IMG/VR virus record: IMGVR_UViG_3300023211_000126
Span: 211-64,210 of that record
Length of the DNA stretch: 64,000 nucleotides
Source of the DNA: a virus
Strand: one strand, 5' to 3'
The number at the start of each line of letters is the position of its first letter. Within the stretch, counting starts at the first letter, position 1. Below are positions 45,276 to 55,143 of the stretch, piece by piece. Both the position numbers and the translations under genes were made by a program. The notes below the pieces were generated by a model. That model had not been told where the DNA came from. It was given only the letters and a program-made list of their open reading frames with translations, and searched no databases.

Positions 45276-45952
45276 GCGATCAGTATTTCGGCCAGAAGCA
45301 GGCACCGACGAATGGTTCGGATGTTTCGCGCAGCATGTTTCTTGTTCGTCAGGAAATAGCCAGTGTCCGCACCATGATCCCGGTCAAAGTCATCGCCGTC
45401 AAAGGCGGTGGCGTCGGCGCGCCGCCGACGGTGAATGTCAAACCGTTGGTCAACCAGATCGATGGGCAGGGCAATTCGACCGAGCACGGAACGGTCTTCA
45501 ACATCCCAGTGAGCCGCTTGCAGGGCGGCGGTAACGCGATCATCAACGATCCAATTGTCGGCGATATCGGCTATATCATGGTGGCCGACCGAGACATTTC
45601 GTCAGTGAAGGCGAATGCTGGGAAACAATCAAATCCCGGTTCGTTCCGGCGCTTCAACTTCGCGGACAGTGTCTATGTCGGGGCTATTCTCAATTCCGGG
45701 ACGCCGGCCCAATATGTCCATTTCACGAGCGACGGGATCGAGATATCCGACAAACACGGGAACAAGATCACGATGGCTTCTTCAGGGATAAATATAACCG
45801 CTCCGGCAGGGATCAATCTCAACGGTCTCGTCATCGATACGAACGGCAGAGCGACGGGTCCTTCTGATATTATCGCCAATGGCATCAGTCTCGATTCCCA
45901 CGTTCATGGCGGGGTCGAGCCCGGTCCCAGCACGACGGGAGTGCCGGAATAA
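45272..45952 (+). CDS. Baseplate central spike (gpV-like)
   Basis: RLQGG.NAII.DP.VGDIG...DRDIS; C-terminal HVHGGV metal motif. Confidence 0.85.
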   Translation: MSDQYFGQKQAPTNGSDVSRSMFLVRQEIASVRTMIPVKVIAVKGGGVGAPPTVNVKPLVNQIDGQGNSTEHGTVFNIPVSRLQGGGNAIINDPIVGDIGYIMVADRDISSVKANAGKQSNPGSFRRFNFADSVYVGAILNSGTPAQYVHFTSDGIEISDKHGNKITMASSGINITAPAGINLNGLVIDTNGRATGPSDIIANGISLDSHVHGGVEPGPSTTGVPE

Positions 45953-45954
45953 AC

Positions 45955-46308
45955 ATGGCGTCAACGCTTCTCCTCGACCGTTCGACGTGGGATCTGGTTC
46001 TCGATGTTGATAACAATATCGCAGTTGCAACGGAGCCATATGCTCTTGCGCAGGATGCAGCTTCATCTTGCAAGGTTTTCAAGAGCGAGTGCTACTACGA
46101 CACGACGCGCGGCATTCCTTATATCGATGTGATTTTTGGCAAGAACGTCCCGCTGTCGCTGGTAAAGTCTTATCTCACGAATGAAGCTACCCGGATCAAC
46201 GGTGTTGTCACCGCGAAAGCTTACATCACGTCTTTGAGTGATCGAAACCTTGGCGCGCAGGTGCAGATGACCGACGCGAGCGGAACTTCATTGGCGGTGA
46301 ATATCTGA
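45955..46308 (+). CDS. Baseplate wedge (gpW/gp25-like)
   Basis: WDLVLD...NIA...YA.AQD...ECYYDT..GIPY. Confidence 0.78.
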   Translation: MASTLLLDRSTWDLVLDVDNNIAVATEPYALAQDAASSCKVFKSECYYDTTRGIPYIDVIFGKNVPLSLVKSYLTNEATRINGVVTAKAYITSLSDRNLGAQVQMTDASGTSLAVNI

Positions 46309-47714
46309 TGACGACAAATGTGCCGCCTATCACCTTCTCCGACTCCGGTGTCACGACGCCGGCGGAAAGCGCGATCTATACCGGCGTCATTGAAGATCTG
46401 AATGCGGCATTCTCGACGAACTTCGACGCGGATGCAGCCACTCCACAGGGCCAGATCGCGACGAGCTTTGCGGCGATCATAGGCAATATCTATGACACGT
46501 TTCTTGACTTCGTGAACCAGGTGGACCCGACTTATTCATCTGGACGGTTCCAGGATGCCCTCGGGCGGCTTTATCTGCTCGAGCGAAACCCGGCTACGGC
46601 GACGGCCCTGCAAGTCATCTGCACCGGCGCGGCCGATGTTCCGATCCTGACCACGGCTCTCCTGCAGGATGCTTCTGGAAACATCTATCAGTGCACGGTA
46701 GCCGGGACGATCGGATCCGGGGGCACCGTCACTTTGCCTTTTGCTTGTCAGATTATGGGACCGATCCCGGTCCCGGATAGTGTGACGATTTATAGTGCTG
46801 CCGCTGGATGGGACGCTGTCTCGATAGCCTCTGGAACGCTAGGAAAGGCACAAGAGAGCCGATATGCTTTCGAGCAGCGTAGAGCTGCTGCGGTCTCAAA
46901 AAATGGCGTAGGGTTCGTTTCTGCGATCCGTGGGGCTATTCTGGCGCTTGATGGCGTCGTCGATGCCTACGTCGTCCAGAACAATACCAATGCAGCCAAG
47001 GAAATCGGCGGCTATACACTGATCGCTAATTCAATCTATGTCGCCGTTCAAGGTGGCACCGATGCTGATGTTGCAGGGGCGATTTTCACGAAGCTTGCAC
47101 CGGGCTGTTCAATGAACGGCGACACGACTGTGAGCGTTGAAGACAACAATTCCGGCTACATCGAGCCTTATCCATCTTATGACATCACATTCGAGCGGCC
47201 GAGCCTGCTCAGGATCGTTGTTTTGGTGACTATTGTCAGCGGAACGGATGTACCGTCCGATGTAGCAACTCAGATCCAAGGTGCAATCGTTTCTGCATTC
47301 GGTGGAGGCGATGGCGGTAATGCCGTATCGATCGGTAGTTCGGTTTATGCGACCCGTTATGTCGGACCGGTCCTGGCACTTGGATCATGGGCCAAAGTGA
47401 TATCGATCAAGATCGGGTCGATCAATGATCCAGCAGCGACATTCACAGGATCGATCGCGGGAACAACTCTGACTGTTTCTTCCGTAGCGTCCGGTGCTGT
47501 CGCGGTCGGCGCTTTCATCGTGGATGAAGCTGGTTCAATCGCTGCAGGTACGAAAATTCTTTCCGGCTCAGGCACTACATGGACAGTGAATAACTCGCAG
47601 ACCGTAGCCTCAGAGTCCATGTATGCCGTCGTTCCATCGGATGATTATGTGACAGTTAATATCGATCAATATCCGACGATCTCAGCTGATGATATCGCAG
47701 TTGTTGAAGACTGA
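46308..47714 (+). CDS. Baseplate J-like protein
   Basis: TPQGQIA...GRFQDALGRLY..ER...E...FE.RR...SIYVAV.GG. Confidence 0.85.
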   Translation: MTTNVPPITFSDSGVTTPAESAIYTGVIEDLNAAFSTNFDADAATPQGQIATSFAAIIGNIYDTFLDFVNQVDPTYSSGRFQDALGRLYLLERNPATATALQVICTGAADVPILTTALLQDASGNIYQCTVAGTIGSGGTVTLPFACQIMGPIPVPDSVTIYSAAAGWDAVSIASGTLGKAQESRYAFEQRRAAAVSKNGVGFVSAIRGAILALDGVVDAYVVQNNTNAAKEIGGYTLIANSIYVAVQGGTDADVAGAIFTKLAPGCSMNGDTTVSVEDNNSGYIEPYPSYDITFERPSLLRIVVLVTIVSGTDVPSDVATQIQGAIVSAFGGGDGGNAVSIGSSVYATRYVGPVLALGSWAKVISIKIGSINDPAATFTGSIAGTTLTVSSVASGAVAVGAFIVDEAGSIAAGTKILSGSGTTWTVNNSQTVASESMYAVVPSDDYVTVNIDQYPTISADDIAVVED

Positions 47715-47717
47715 GCC

Positions 47718-48329
47718 ATGACTGATACCGGTCCTCCATATCCCCTTGAGGCCAGCGGGTTCGATCCGTGGGCCACGGTGCTTTCGCAATATGCGAATAG
47801 TCCGATCCTCACCGGGATTATTATGAACTTCTTTTCGGCTGTCGATCTGACCACGCCGCTTGATGAATTCTATGCCAATGTCTGGGATCTTGAAACCGCG
47901 ATTGGCTTCGGGCTCGATATCTGGGGACGTATTCTCGGCGTTCCCCGTACACTCGAACTGGCAGATGGTGAATATCTCGGCTTTGCGCAGCAATCGCCGA
48001 CCGTTCTCAATTTCGGTTTTGGCATCTTTTATTCAGGCCAGGGCGGATTGACCTCGAATTACACGATGACCGATGACGAATATCGGTCGGCTCTATTTGC
48101 CAAAGCTTATGCCAACATCTCCGATGGATCGATCAAATCCATTAACAATATTCTACTCACCTTGTTTCCGGGGAGCGGAAACTCCTATGTCAGAAGCAAT
48201 GGGGACATGAGCCTGACACTCGCTTTCGAATTCACGCCGACGAATATTCAAGCCGCTATCCTGACGCAGCTAGATATCTTGCCGCTCCCTGCGGGTGTCG
48301 CAGTTTCTTACCAATGGAGCGCTGCATAA
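47718..48329 (+). CDS. Baseplate wedge protein (DUF2612-like)
   Basis: SQYANSP...TA.GFGLDIWGRILG..R...LP.PAGV. Confidence 0.85.
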   Translation: MTDTGPPYPLEASGFDPWATVLSQYANSPILTGIIMNFFSAVDLTTPLDEFYANVWDLETAIGFGLDIWGRILGVPRTLELADGEYLGFAQQSPTVLNFGFGIFYSGQGGLTSNYTMTDDEYRSALFAKAYANISDGSIKSINNILLTLFPGSGNSYVRSNGDMSLTLAFEFTPTNIQAAILTQLDILPLPAGVAVSYQWSAA

Positions 48330-49036
48330 TGCAGGCCTCAGATATCCCGTCGAAATTTCAGAAGGCCTTCGGAGAAGACGCGACAACAGGTTTTATTCGT
48401 ACGGTGCCTGAAACGACAGCGGATGCAGCTGCCGCATCTTTGACGTTGGGTTTCCCGCCGCAGACGTTTTTACAAATAGGAGATGGTGGCACTCCGCCTG
48501 ACGGACGGGATGTCAATGGCATTCTTTTTCAAATCTCGGCATGGACCAAATGGCTGAATGCGGGCGGCCCTGTTCCTTATGATGGAACCTTTCAAACCAG
48601 CGTATCCGGATATCCAAAAGGCGCTTTTATAAAATCTGCGACGACGGACAATCTCTATTGGCTCTCGACCGTCGATGGAAACACGACCAACCCTGATACC
48701 GGCGGCGCCGGATGGGTTTGCTTTAGCCCCGTCGGAGTGACACGGATCGTCACGGCAAGTGGAGCTTTCACAACGACACTTGCAGACGAAACGATCGGCT
48801 TGAACCGCACAACTTCTGTTGCCGCATCGAGCACGACGCTACCGGCGTCACCTGTCGGCAAGAAGTTCAAATTCGTCGATCTCGCCGCGAACTTCAATGC
48901 ATTTCCGGTGACGATCACCGCTCCGGCCGGGCAGACCTTTCCCGAAGGCTTGGCGGCGGTCTCTGCGAACGTGAACAGGCAGACTCTCGAGGTCCAATAT
49001 TTTGGCAGTAACATCTGGAGTGTGAAGCTGCAGTAG
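48329..49036 (+). CDS. Tail fibre protein (baseplate-attachment type)
   Basis: AS...GFPP.T......GGTPP.GRD.NGIL...GYPKGA...W.STVD.N...PD. Confidence 0.78.
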   Translation: MQASDIPSKFQKAFGEDATTGFIRTVPETTADAAAASLTLGFPPQTFLQIGDGGTPPDGRDVNGILFQISAWTKWLNAGGPVPYDGTFQTSVSGYPKGAFIKSATTDNLYWLSTVDGNTTNPDTGGAGWVCFSPVGVTRIVTASGAFTTTLADETIGLNRTTSVAASSTTLPASPVGKKFKFVDLAANFNAFPVTITAPAGQTFPEGLAAVSANVNRQTLEVQYFGSNIWSVKLQ

Positions 49037-49061
49037 CAGCGGGCTTCATCGTCAGGAGATC

Positions 49062-49394
49062 ATGACAATGCGGAATAAAAAGTTCGCGGGCTCGCTCGCG
49101 GCTGGCGGAGCTTTGCTTCTTATTGGTGGTGCCATCATCGGCTTCAGCTGGGTAAAAGCACCGCGATGGGCAATCGACAAATGCGAGAATTTCGGCGGCT
49201 TAGGTCGCTTCGAGCATAATGCGTCGACGCTCGTTGTTCAGTCGATGTGCAAGGACAATCATTCTGTCGACATGAATAGTGGCCGCGAATGTGAGGCCCA
49301 TGGCGGCAACGCGATGATCTTCTCTTTCATGTCGCCGGCCGACGTCGCCCTTTGTCGTGACGGCTCCCGCTATTCGACGGCCCTGCATAACTGA
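49062..49394 (+). CDS. Small Cys-rich membrane/secreted protein
   Basis: AGGAG RBS, N-terminal hydrophobic helix, 4 Cys. Confidence 0.6.
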   Translation: MTMRNKKFAGSLAAGGALLLIGGAIIGFSWVKAPRWAIDKCENFGGLGRFEHNASTLVVQSMCKDNHSVDMNSGRECEAHGGNAMIFSFMSPADVALCRDGSRYSTALHN

Positions 49395-49405
49395 GGCTCA
49401 CCCTG

Positions 49406-50461
49406 ATGAAAAAAATCAGCGTCAAGGTTCTCAGCCTTCTTTGCGTTTTTGTTGGGGTTTTTGCAACGGTGCCGCAAGGCATGGCGCAGTTCGCTTCGCA
49501 GGCGACATGGGGCGGCACCAGCACCGGCACAGCCAATGCGCAGGTCGTGAGTATCGCGAACGTCGGGTCGATGAGCGATCTTGTCGGCGTCACGATCTCG
49601 TTTATTCCAGGAGCGGGCCTCACGAACTCGGGAGCCACGACTTTTCAGATCGGAGCGCTTGCCGCACAGCCGGTTCGGAAGGTTGGGTACGGTGTCCTTG
49701 CGGCGCTGACCGGCGGCGAACTGGTTGCCGGGGCGCCGGCCTCGGCGCTTTGGGATGGTACCGAGTGGGTTTTGCAGACGAACTACGCTGGGCCGGACGC
49801 CGTAGGCACATTGAAGACGACGGCCTCGGCTACGGCAGATGCGGGCTATCTCCTCGCCTATGGCCAATGTGTCAGCCAGACGACCTATGCCGCGCTCTAC
49901 GCGGCGCTCGGGACCACCTATGGCACGGGCTGCTCTGCTGGACAGTTTCCGGTTCCGGACATGCGAGGGCGCGCAGCGTTCGGCAAAGATAACATGGGCG
50001 GGACAACGGCAGGGCGAATAACCTCTGCGGGTGGCCTGTACAATGGGACCGTACTTGGGGCGGGCGGGGGCGTTCAAAGTACTGTTGTCGCTCAAGCAAA
50101 TCTGACCAATTTCACATTAACGGTCTCTGATCCAGGACACTCTCACGGCATCAGCCGAGACTCTCAGGGCATTAACGATCCTGGTCATACTCATTCATAT
50201 CAGATCCCGAACACGGGTGGCGTGACCCCGACCGGCAACGGCGGCTCGATCAACTCTTGGACGGTTGGAGCCTTCAACACTGCGACCTCCGGTACAGCAA
50301 CGACGAGCATCACGGTCTGCCAAATCGGCGAAGGCTGTAACGCTGGCGGTATCGCCGTCGCTACTGCGTATACGGGCATAATCGTGCAGTCCGGGGGTAG
50401 CAACACGCCGCTCCCGACACTCAGCCCGTCGCTCATCATCAACTATGAGATCAAATACTAA
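49406..50461 (+). CDS. Tail-collar-domain fibre protein with signal-peptide-like N-terminus
   Basis: GYLLAYGQ.VS..TYAALYAALGTTYG...F.VPDMRGR; DPGHSH/DPGHTH motifs. Confidence 0.85.
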   Translation: MKKISVKVLSLLCVFVGVFATVPQGMAQFASQATWGGTSTGTANAQVVSIANVGSMSDLVGVTISFIPGAGLTNSGATTFQIGALAAQPVRKVGYGVLAALTGGELVAGAPASALWDGTEWVLQTNYAGPDAVGTLKTTASATADAGYLLAYGQCVSQTTYAALYAALGTTYGTGCSAGQFPVPDMRGRAAFGKDNMGGTTAGRITSAGGLYNGTVLGAGGGVQSTVVAQANLTNFTLTVSDPGHSHGISRDSQGINDPGHTHSYQIPNTGGVTPTGNGGSINSWTVGAFNTATSGTATTSITVCQIGEGCNAGGIAVATAYTGIIVQSGGSNTPLPTLSPSLIINYEIKY

Positions 50462-50471
50462 GAGGTTTTCC

Positions 50472-50663
50472 ATGTTCGTCATCAAGTTCGTGCTCGTCTC
50501 ATCTCTATTTGCCGGCGGCATCGGAGCCACCTCGACGCAGACCTATCAGTCGCTTGCCGCATGCAACGCAGCGGCGCTTGCCGCAGGGGGCTCCCAACAA
50601 CCGCAAGGACCGGTCTATACGATGAGCTGCGTCTCAGCGCCAGCTGTGCCAGCCCAACAGTAG
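50472..50663 (+). CDS. Small secreted-type protein
   Basis: Hydrophobic N-terminus; Y.S..AC..A...C. Confidence 0.5.
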   Translation: MFVIKFVLVSSLFAGGIGATSTQTYQSLAACNAAALAAGGSQQPQGPVYTMSCVSAPAVPAQQ

Positions 50664-50703
50664 GATAACCGGCAATCAGCCGAAAAAGTCAGATAAAATT
50701 GCC

Positions 50704-50724
50704 GCCGCCTTCGGGCGGCTTTTT
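50704..50724 (+). terminator. Intrinsic terminator
   Basis: GCCGCC-TTCG-GGCGGC-TTTTT. Confidence 0.8.
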
Positions 50725-50740
50725 CTTTGGAGGCATGCGA

Positions 50741-51433
50741 ATGAAATCGCCGCTTAAACTTGTCGCCACTATTCTTGCGGTCTTGGTCCCGCAAGCCCTT
50801 CTCGCGGCCCCGACCAGCTATCCGGTATCAAGTGGCTCTTGGACTGATTTAGGAACTGGCGGGATCCAGTGCTCTGTTTCGAGCGGCCAGCTCTCGGTCA
50901 TGTTCGCTTATGGCGATACGGCGCCGCCATCATCGCAAGACGGAATTTCCGCGAAACTGGATAACACGGCGGCGCCGGCATTCCTTTCGCCCCCCGCGGT
51001 GCCCACGACGACAAATCATTCATGGGCGAAGCTGCCGTCCAATCAGTCTGGAACAGCATCCATCATTTGCCAGTCTGGTTCGAACGCCGCCTCGGCAGGC
51101 TCATCGCAGACCAACCCTCTTTGGCAAGGCGCAGCGGGTTCGACCGGCACAGATTATAGCATCAACGCATCGACGATCCCGGCAAGCGGGCTCTCCATTC
51201 TGCAAACGATCGCGGCGAATGCCTCTCGTCTTTATGTCGAGGTCCAGAACCAGAGCGCGAACACTGTGCAGGTCGTTCGCGATGACGGGGCAGGGAACAA
51301 TCAGACAACCATCCTCCTCGCGTCCGGCGGTTCTGCAGGCGCGCAAGGCGGCGGCTGGTCCAGCAACACTTTCAAGGGCCGTGTCCGCATCTATGGCGTG
51401 ACCGGCTCTCAGATTGCAGCTTATCAGGATTGA
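50741..51433 (+). CDS. Beta-rich hypothetical protein with signal-peptide-like N-terminus
   Basis: MKSPLKLVATILAVLVPQALLA; S/G/T rich. Confidence 0.7.
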   Translation: MKSPLKLVATILAVLVPQALLAAPTSYPVSSGSWTDLGTGGIQCSVSSGQLSVMFAYGDTAPPSSQDGISAKLDNTAAPAFLSPPAVPTTTNHSWAKLPSNQSGTASIICQSGSNAASAGSSQTNPLWQGAAGSTGTDYSINASTIPASGLSILQTIAANASRLYVEVQNQSANTVQVVRDDGAGNNQTTILLASGGSAGAQGGGWSSNTFKGRVRIYGVTGSQIAAYQD

Positions 51434-51444
51434 GGTTTTCGAGA

Positions 51445-53154
51445 ATGAAGAAGGCGATCGCTTTCCTTTGTGCGCTGCTCTGTCTGACGACGCAGGTTTT
51501 TGCCGGGGCTCAACTGCCGCCATATTCTCCTCCGGTTTTCAGCTATTGGGCAGGAGGGGGTGGCGGCCTCCTAAATTCTCCGATTGGAAGTTCACTCCAG
51601 AGCCACGTCTACGACCAATCGCGCCTTTATGATACGGTGCCGTCACGCAGCAATATTTCTTGCCTTCAGGTAGCATATGCAAATTGGACGGGAAGCGGAA
51701 CTGGTGAGGCATCTCCGCCAGGGCCTGTCACGATATCGAGTTCTCTCGAAGTCAACCCAAATTCGGTGTTGGTGCCTTGGGCTATAGGCGACGGCAACCA
51801 ATATTTGGTGCCATTCCTTTTCAGTGGCTCGAAGACAGTTACAATCCCAGCTGATGGTAAGGTTTGGTCCGATCCACTGTGTTTTCCTTTAGCTGGGGGG
51901 CAGTGGATATTCTTCAGGACATGGAGGCAGTCGCTCGCCGGGAGTGTTTCTTCTCTCCCTGTCAATCGTTACATGGACACAGCGCATGGCGACTACGTCA
52001 TGGACGGGCAGTTTCAAGGCGTCCCACTTAGCTCGTCCTCTACGGCGACGACGTCAATTTCCGTTACACTGAACGCGAGTTTCGTCACGCCTCCACTCCG
52101 GCCAGGTTCGATTGGGTTGAGCGGTACGAATATTTCGGCAGCAACGTTCGATGTCGATAACGGAAATGGAACCGGATCGTATAGCGGAAACGGCATATCG
52201 TCTGGCACGATCAATTATTCGACTGGCGCCCTGACGTTAACAATGGCGACTGCCACCGCCCCTAATGCGATCAGTGCAAAGGGGCAGGGTTGGTGGAATG
52301 TCGCTATGCCAGACAATACGATGACAAAGGCCCCGACCAGCTTCGTGTCGACGTACACCCAGTATGGTGTTTACGGTCCGTCTGCCGTGCGGTATCGCTA
52401 TGTTGCTTCTTCTTCAAAGCAACCACTGACCTTTTGGATCGATGGTGACAGCATCGATTTCGGTTACGGAAGCCAATATTACACCCAAAGTTGGGCGACG
52501 AAGGCAATTGCTAATCAGGCCGGGATTATCAAGACGGCTCAGCCTTCCGTTGGGACCGCGGCTTGCAATGTGCAATCCACATCATGGAGACGTATCGATC
52601 TTGCCACCGGCACTTATCCGCCAGATCGAACGATCCTCGATACGGCAACGAATGACATTGGTTCAGGAGTTGCTCTTGCGACCATCCAAGCGCAGATGAC
52701 GACATGCGCACAAAAATTCGCTGCTGCGACGAAAGGTGGAATAGCTAATCTGTATGTTACTACGGTCCCGCCTCATACGGCGTCCAGCAGCAGTCAGACC
52801 CCTTATGGGAGTACGGCGCTCTTTGGTCCGGGTACGGTTGCAAGTGGGTCCCCAAGTGTTCGCAATGCATGGAACGCGTGGGTCTATTCGCAGATCGGAA
52901 TCCTCTGGGCTGGCGTGATTGATATCGCCGCATGCGTAGAGAATGCGCCTGCTTCACAGACAGGAGCAGGCGATGGTCAATGGAAGAGCCTCACCTATAC
53001 ATCCGATGGTCTGCACCCGTCTGAACTGGGCCACCAAACAATCGCCGCCTGCGTCCAAAATGCAGCGCCATTCATTATCAACTGGCTCTTCAACCGTGAT
53101 CTCGATCCGGCGGCGAACGACAACACGCCAGCCTTCATGAACAAGGTGGCATAG
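51445..53154 (+). CDS. SGNH/GDSL hydrolase-domain protein (putative tail-associated esterase)
   Basis: IDGDSI, ATND, SDGLHPS..GH; signal-peptide-like N-terminus. Confidence 0.8.
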   Translation: MKKAIAFLCALLCLTTQVFAGAQLPPYSPPVFSYWAGGGGGLLNSPIGSSLQSHVYDQSRLYDTVPSRSNISCLQVAYANWTGSGTGEASPPGPVTISSSLEVNPNSVLVPWAIGDGNQYLVPFLFSGSKTVTIPADGKVWSDPLCFPLAGGQWIFFRTWRQSLAGSVSSLPVNRYMDTAHGDYVMDGQFQGVPLSSSSTATTSISVTLNASFVTPPLRPGSIGLSGTNISAATFDVDNGNGTGSYSGNGISSGTINYSTGALTLTMATATAPNAISAKGQGWWNVAMPDNTMTKAPTSFVSTYTQYGVYGPSAVRYRYVASSSKQPLTFWIDGDSIDFGYGSQYYTQSWATKAIANQAGIIKTAQPSVGTAACNVQSTSWRRIDLATGTYPPDRTILDTATNDIGSGVALATIQAQMTTCAQKFAAATKGGIANLYVTTVPPHTASSSSQTPYGSTALFGPGTVASGSPSVRNAWNAWVYSQIGILWAGVIDIAACVENAPASQTGAGDGQWKSLTYTSDGLHPSELGHQTIAACVQNAAPFIINWLFNRDLDPAANDNTPAFMNKVA

Positions 53155-53157
53155 CCA

Positions 53158-53685
53158 ATGCGCCGCGCGCTCTCGCTCCTGCCGATCCTGCTCCTTCTTG
53201 GGCTGGGAGCGCTGCATGCGGCGATCTATCCGCCTTCATTCAGCACATCGCAATATGTGACACTCACCCAGCTTCAGGCCGTCCAGAATGCGATCCCCCA
53301 ACCGGCGGCATCCGTCCCGTCGCCGGGCACATTGCCGGGGTCGGCTGGCTCAGCGTCGACCTATCTTCGCGGCGATGCGGCGATACCGCTAACCGTCCAG
53401 CGCACGACTGTCACGACGGACGCAAGCGGGAACTGGTCAGTCACATGGTCGAAAGCTTTCGTTTCGTCCTCGCCAACGGTAAACCCGATCGCGATGAATG
53501 TCTCGGCGACGAGCCCGTTCGTTTGCAATGTCACAACCCGGTCTTCAACAGCAGCGACGGGGAAATGCTGGCAGCTCGCAGCTAGTGGCACTGTCGCTCT
53601 GATCTCTCTGAACGTGAGTCTCGCCCCGACCCCCGCGCCGACAACGACGTCAGTCATGCTCATCGGCGCTGAGCCGACGCAGTGA
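53158..53685 (+). CDS. Hypothetical beta-rich protein with signal-peptide-like N-terminus
   Basis: MRRALSLLPILLLLGLGALHA. Confidence 0.7.
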   Translation: MRRALSLLPILLLLGLGALHAAIYPPSFSTSQYVTLTQLQAVQNAIPQPAASVPSPGTLPGSAGSASTYLRGDAAIPLTVQRTTVTTDASGNWSVTWSKAFVSSSPTVNPIAMNVSATSPFVCNVTTRSSTAATGKCWQLAASGTVALISLNVSLAPTPAPTTTSVMLIGAEPTQ

Positions 53686-53713
53686 TCATTCACTTTTCCA
53701 AGGAGGATCTCCA

Positions 53714-53923
53714 ATGAAAGAAGCTATTTGGCTTTTGATAGCCTTTCACGTTCACTCATTCGATCAGTCAAGCATTCAACGATATGAAAGTGAAGTAGCA
53801 TGCAGGCATGCGGCAGATGTCATAAATACTTGGCGCAGCGCTATGGATGCTTCTGCTGAAGGGCCGGACATTCGCAGCGAATGTTTTTATTTTTTCCCTG
53901 ATATGCTGAGAAATACTAAGTAG
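53714..53923 (+). CDS. Hypothetical protein
   Basis: AGGAGG RBS. Confidence 0.55.
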   Translation: MKEAIWLLIAFHVHSFDQSSIQRYESEVACRHAADVINTWRSAMDASAEGPDIRSECFYFFPDMLRNTK

Positions 53924-53974
53924 ATGATGATCAGAGGGGCAATCCCTCTGATCCTTGTTGGGAACACGCTAGAT

Positions 53975-54307
53975 TTAGTTTCCGCAGATCAGTGTGACAT
54001 CGATCTTCTTGTCGTCTTTTTTGTCGAGACGAAACCCGGAAGCGCTCGCCCACGTATCCTTTGGAATGGGCTGCTTGGTGTTATCGAGCAAGATGACGGG
54101 GACAGCTGTATTGCCTTCGTCGAATGCTTGAACGGAAGCAATGAAGCCGCTTTCGCACATGAAGTCTTCAGCCGTTTCCTTCGGCTTAATCGTGAAGACC
54201 TTGGCTTTAGCATGCATAGCTGGCGGCGGTGTTGCCCCAGCTTTGGCTTGGATTGAAGGCAATAATAACGCGGTACTGACAGCCATAAGAACAATAGAAT
54301 ATCTCAT
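53975..54307 (-). CDS. Moron secreted protein
   Basis: Signal peptide MRYSIVLMAVSTALLLPSIQAKA; GAGG RBS. Confidence 0.65.
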   Translation of the reverse strand: MRYSIVLMAVSTALLLPSIQAKAGATPPPAMHAKAKVFTIKPKETAEDFMCESGFIASVQAFDEGNTAVPVILLDNTKQPIPKDTWASASGFRLDKKDDKKIDVTLICGN

Positions 54308-54397
54308 GATCTAGACCTCTCATACGCCAGCTGGAACCTGACGTAACGAGAGGCCTAGACCGATTCCGCAAACGACCTAAAGCTTAAGCTCTAACGA

Positions 54398-54598
54398 TTA
54401 TTCATTGTCGGACATATTAGAAGAGCTTTGAGGAGAGAGGCGGTAGGTCACCCAGGCTTCAAATCCTAGGTTGATAAAGCCGACTAAAATGAGCGCCAAG
54501 AGCACATTGGAATGTTTTCTAAAGATCCAGGCTAAAACAAAGATGATGAGGTGGATGGATAGAACGACTCCCATCCAGAAGTCATGGCTTTTGAGCAT
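54398..54598 (-). CDS. Small two-TM membrane protein
   Basis: Two hydrophobic helices; low GC. Confidence 0.55.
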   Translation of the reverse strand: MLKSHDFWMGVVLSIHLIIFVLAWIFRKHSNVLLALILVGFINLGFEAWVTYRLSPQSSSNMSDNE

Positions 54599-54703
54599 GC
54601 AAGATAGTTCCCATAGAGAGACGCTATCTAAGCAGCTAAGATATAAGCCTCGGTGAGCCTATCTGCCGCAATGCTCAAGGCTGAAGTAACAAGCTGGAAA
54701 CCA

Positions 54704-54916
54704 TCACATGCCGACCGGGCGATTTTTCACACCCAGCATAATTTCGTCCTTGGCATGTCTGACGATACGAACTTCATATCCTCTGCGCCGCCAGTCTTCG
54801 GCTAATTGGATTGCTTGTGGAATGCTCTCTCTTTCTTTCCCGGTGATTAGTTCAAAGCGCCATGCGGTCCCGTATGTTTTGAATGGGTCGCTGTGATCTT
54901 CGACTTCAATTGTCAT
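54704..54916 (-). CDS. Hypothetical protein
   Basis: AAGGAG RBS. Confidence 0.55.
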   Translation of the reverse strand: MTIEVEDHSDPFKTYGTAWRFELITGKERESIPQAIQLAEDWRRRGYEVRIVRHAKDEIMLGVKNRPVGM

Positions 54917-54981
54917 GAGGCTTTTGCTCCTTAGTAGAAAGCCAAAGCGAAAACCTGTTTCGTTAAAAATACCTCACCTTC

Positions 54982-55005
54982 AAGCCGCTCCTAGAGCGGC
55001 TTTTT
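54982..55005 (+). terminator. Intrinsic terminator
   Basis: AAGCCGCTC-CTA-GAGCGGCTT-TTT. Confidence 0.7.
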
Positions 55006-55106
55006 CATGCGGATCTCAGACCGGAACGTTCGGAAAACTCATAGGGAACGTGGGGCAAGACTTTTCCGATTTGGGCAAAACGTTTTCGAAAAAAGAGAAC
55101 ATCCAC

Positions 55107-55129
55107 GCCGCCTTTCGAGGCGGCTTTTT
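55107..55129 (+). terminator. Intrinsic terminator immediately before endolysin
   Basis: GCCGCCT-TTCG-AGGCGGC-TTTTT. Confidence 0.75.
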
Positions 55130-55143
55130 CATTGGAGCAGACA

